NCBI GenBank assembly: GCA_031268525.1
Contig: JAIRXA010000101.1
Location: 1-35,437 of the forward strand
Direction: 5' to 3'
From: Coriobacteriales bacterium
Lineage (GTDB): Bacteria; Actinomycetota; Coriobacteriia; Coriobacteriales; UBA8131
Length of the DNA stretch: 35,437 nucleotides
Shown here one piece after another: positions 34,008 to 35,437 of the stretch. A program made the position numbers and the translations under genes. Numbering within the stretch: position 1 is the stretch's first letter; the number at the start of each line of letters is the position of its first letter. The notes below the pieces were generated by a model that was not told where the DNA came from, did not search any database, and saw only the letters and a program-made list of their open reading frames with translations.

Positions 34008-34098
34008 ATCATAGCAAGTTTAATTGATAGGTTTTCCGAACAGCTTTCGAACAGTTCCCGAACAGAATCCAAAAACAATCCAAATCTGCTCCGAACCC
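34008..34098 (-). promoter_or_regulatory. Candidate activator-dependent comEA promoter: six 11-bp-phased direct repeats (core TGTTCGG / TTTGG) ending at the -35 position, plus a TATGAT -10 (34013..34008)
   Basis: Minus strand reads GGTTCGGAGCA GATTTGGATTG TTTTTGGATTC TGTTCGGGAAC TGTTCGAAAGC TGTTCGGAAAA C-CTATCAATTAAACTTGC-TATGAT. CGAACAG occurs on the plus strand at 34037, 34048 and 34059 (exact 11-bp spacing). The hexamer at -35 is poor (GAAAAC). Confidence 0.45.
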
Positions 34099-34122
34099 CG
34101 AGGAAGCGAGCCTCACATCTGA

Positions 34123-35334
34123 TCAGAAGGTCTCGATCTCCAGAGAATCGAAAATTTGAGAAAGCCACTCACCGACGGGCAGGGCCGCCCAAATGGGTTC
34201 CACAACCTTTAACTTTGCGTGTGTCTCGGGATTGCGAGGCATGAAGAGGGTGCAGCAATCGTCGTGGCTTTGCGAAGATATCTCAAAGGTTCCAAGCCTG
34301 TGAGCTTCGGCGATGATCTCGATCTTGTCCGTACCAATGAGGGGGCGCAGCACCGGCAACTCGGCAATTGCGTCGACAACGAGGATATTGTCGAGAGTCT
34401 GCGAGGCGACCTGTCCGAGAGATTCCCCGGTCACGAGAGCCTTCGCACCCTCTCTGAGTGCCAGACGGTTGGCTACGGCAAACATCAGGCGACGATAGAA
34501 GATGACACGAAGCTCCGATGGAACCGCTCGGGCGATCTCGCGCTGGTAGGAGCCAAAGGCAACGATTGCCAGACGTTTGAGTCCGCCGAAGGGCGCCAAA
34601 GTCTCGACGATCTCACGAACCAGATGCTCTGATGTGCTTGTAGTCTCAGGTGCGCCCGAGAAATGCAGGCCCGTAACCTGTGCGCCTCGCCGCATCATAC
34701 GGAAGGTCGCCACAGGCGAATCGAGGCCTGCGGACAGCAGACTGACAACGCGACCAGCCGATCCAACGGGCAGGCCGCCAACACCCTTGACGGTCTGCAC
34801 GTACGTGAAGGCCGATCCTTCGATCATCTCGACATGCACCATGCGATCGGGTTCGCGCATCTTCACCTGTCTATCGGGAAAAGCCTCCACGAGCAGACCG
34901 CCGATACGACGGTTGATCTCCATGCTGTCGATGGGAAAATCCGTGTTTGCGCGTCGCGCGTTAACCTTAAAACTCACCCAGGGAGCTGTCTGATTCAGCA
35001 GCCACAAAGCCGCGTCGGTTGCGGCCTCAAGGGATTGTGCCGTGCGTAAACCGATCGAGACGCGTACCACGCCTGGAACCTGGGCGATGGGCTCAGCAGC
35101 TCTGCACGCCTCTTCCCACGTAGCAAAAGAGACAAGCAGTCGCCCGGAGATGCGCATGACCCTGTCGTAATGGCCATGCTCAAGGCGTGCAAGCCTCTTC
35201 TCGATGTTCTCTTTGAGTTTTCGCTCAAAAACCGATCGATTCCTGCCCTTCAGACCCACCTCGTGATAGTGGACCAGACAGACGGGATAGACGGCTTTAC
35301 TGGTTCTGGTCGCTTGCGAACTGTTGCGGGTCAT
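34123..35334 (-). CDS. thiI: tRNA 4-thiouridine(8) synthase ThiI (no rhodanese domain)
   Basis: 403 aa with an N-terminal ferredoxin-like/THUMP region (HYHEVGLKGRNRSVFE) and a PP-loop (LLSAGLDSPVA). Confidence 0.92.
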   Translation of the reverse strand: MTRNSSQATRTSKAVYPVCLVHYHEVGLKGRNRSVFERKLKENIEKRLARLEHGHYDRVMRISGRLLVSFATWEEACRAAEPIAQVPGVVRVSIGLRTAQSLEAATDAALWLLNQTAPWVSFKVNARRANTDFPIDSMEINRRIGGLLVEAFPDRQVKMREPDRMVHVEMIEGSAFTYVQTVKGVGGLPVGSAGRVVSLLSAGLDSPVATFRMMRRGAQVTGLHFSGAPETTSTSEHLVREIVETLAPFGGLKRLAIVAFGSYQREIARAVPSELRVIFYRRLMFAVANRLALREGAKALVTGESLGQVASQTLDNILVVDAIAELPVLRPLIGTDKIEIIAEAHRLGTFEISSQSHDDCCTLFMPRNPETHAKLKVVEPIWAALPVGEWLSQIFDSLEIETF

Positions 35335-35437
35335 AGCCTACCTCGTTGCGAGAGATCTCCTCCATCGCCAGCGAGAGCGGCTTTCGCCCGGCGAGCTGCG
35401 CGATCTGGGTCGCCGACTGCAGGGCTATGGCACGATC
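35297..35437 (-). CDS. 3' end of an unidentified upstream gene (partial; continues beyond window), overlapping thiI by 38 nt
   Basis: The minus-strand frame reading DRAIALQSATQIAQLAGRKPLSLAMEEISRNEVGYDPQQFASDQNQ-TAA has strong G/C third-position bias. The competing frame, which would end in an ATGA overlap, looks non-coding. A cysteine desulfurase is common upstream of thiI, but I cannot confirm that from 46 residues. Confidence 0.4.
   Translation of the reverse strand, partial: DRAIALQSATQIAQLAGRKPLSLAMEEISRNEVGYDPQQFASDQNQ

Noticed and set aside
1-35437. tRNA, rRNA, tmRNA or RNase P genes
   Set aside because: All intergenic gaps are under about 300 bp, and none shows a cloverleaf-like or otherwise recognisable structured-RNA pattern.

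Overview
High-GC (by eye about 58-60%) Gram-positive chromosomal segment, most consistent with a Coriobacteriia-type Actinomycetota genome; this taxon call is inference only. About 80% of the window is tightly packed housekeeping genes, almost all on the minus strand. In transcription order (right to left) they are: unknown partial gene, thiI, comEA, comEC, holA (rpsT opposite), then an accessory block, then asp23-family, yloV-like DAK2, recG, rsmD, coaD, rpsA, lepA, dus, hemW, hrcA, dnaJ, rsmE, mtaB, phoH, ybeY, dgkA, era, recO, rpsO, pnp and the start of an M16 peptidase. Many neighbours overlap by 1-11 nt, which suggests translationally coupled operons. The accessory block (about 21.75-29.35 kb) is the only unusual part. 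It holds (i) a plus-strand two-module homocysteine-methyltransferase/B12-binding protein with no pterin module. (ii) It holds a decayed mobile/defence-type patch at 23.75-26.45 kb: a RhuM fragment with an in-frame stop, a 5'-truncated DUF4143/COG1373 ATPase, a frameshifted IS66 TnpC tail and a frameshifted fumarate-reductase-type flavoprotein remnant. This patch also carries a 31-bp palindromic element in two inverted copies and a 33-bp-phased motif triplet. (iii) It holds a MerR/GyrI-like regulator followed by a textbook MerR-type promoter (perfect 24-bp palindrome in a 19-20 bp spacer) driving a secreted ricin-lectin/alpha-beta-hydrolase. Other points worth a second look are six 11-bp-phased direct repeats abutting the -35 position upstream of comEA-comEC, mutually exclusive hairpins over the lepA ribosome-binding site, and small tandem duplications at several gene junctions. 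I saw no rRNA, tRNA, CRISPR array or intact mobile element. I cannot point to a clearly novel multi-gene system; the candidates below are regulatory or architectural oddities and rest on reading the sequence only.
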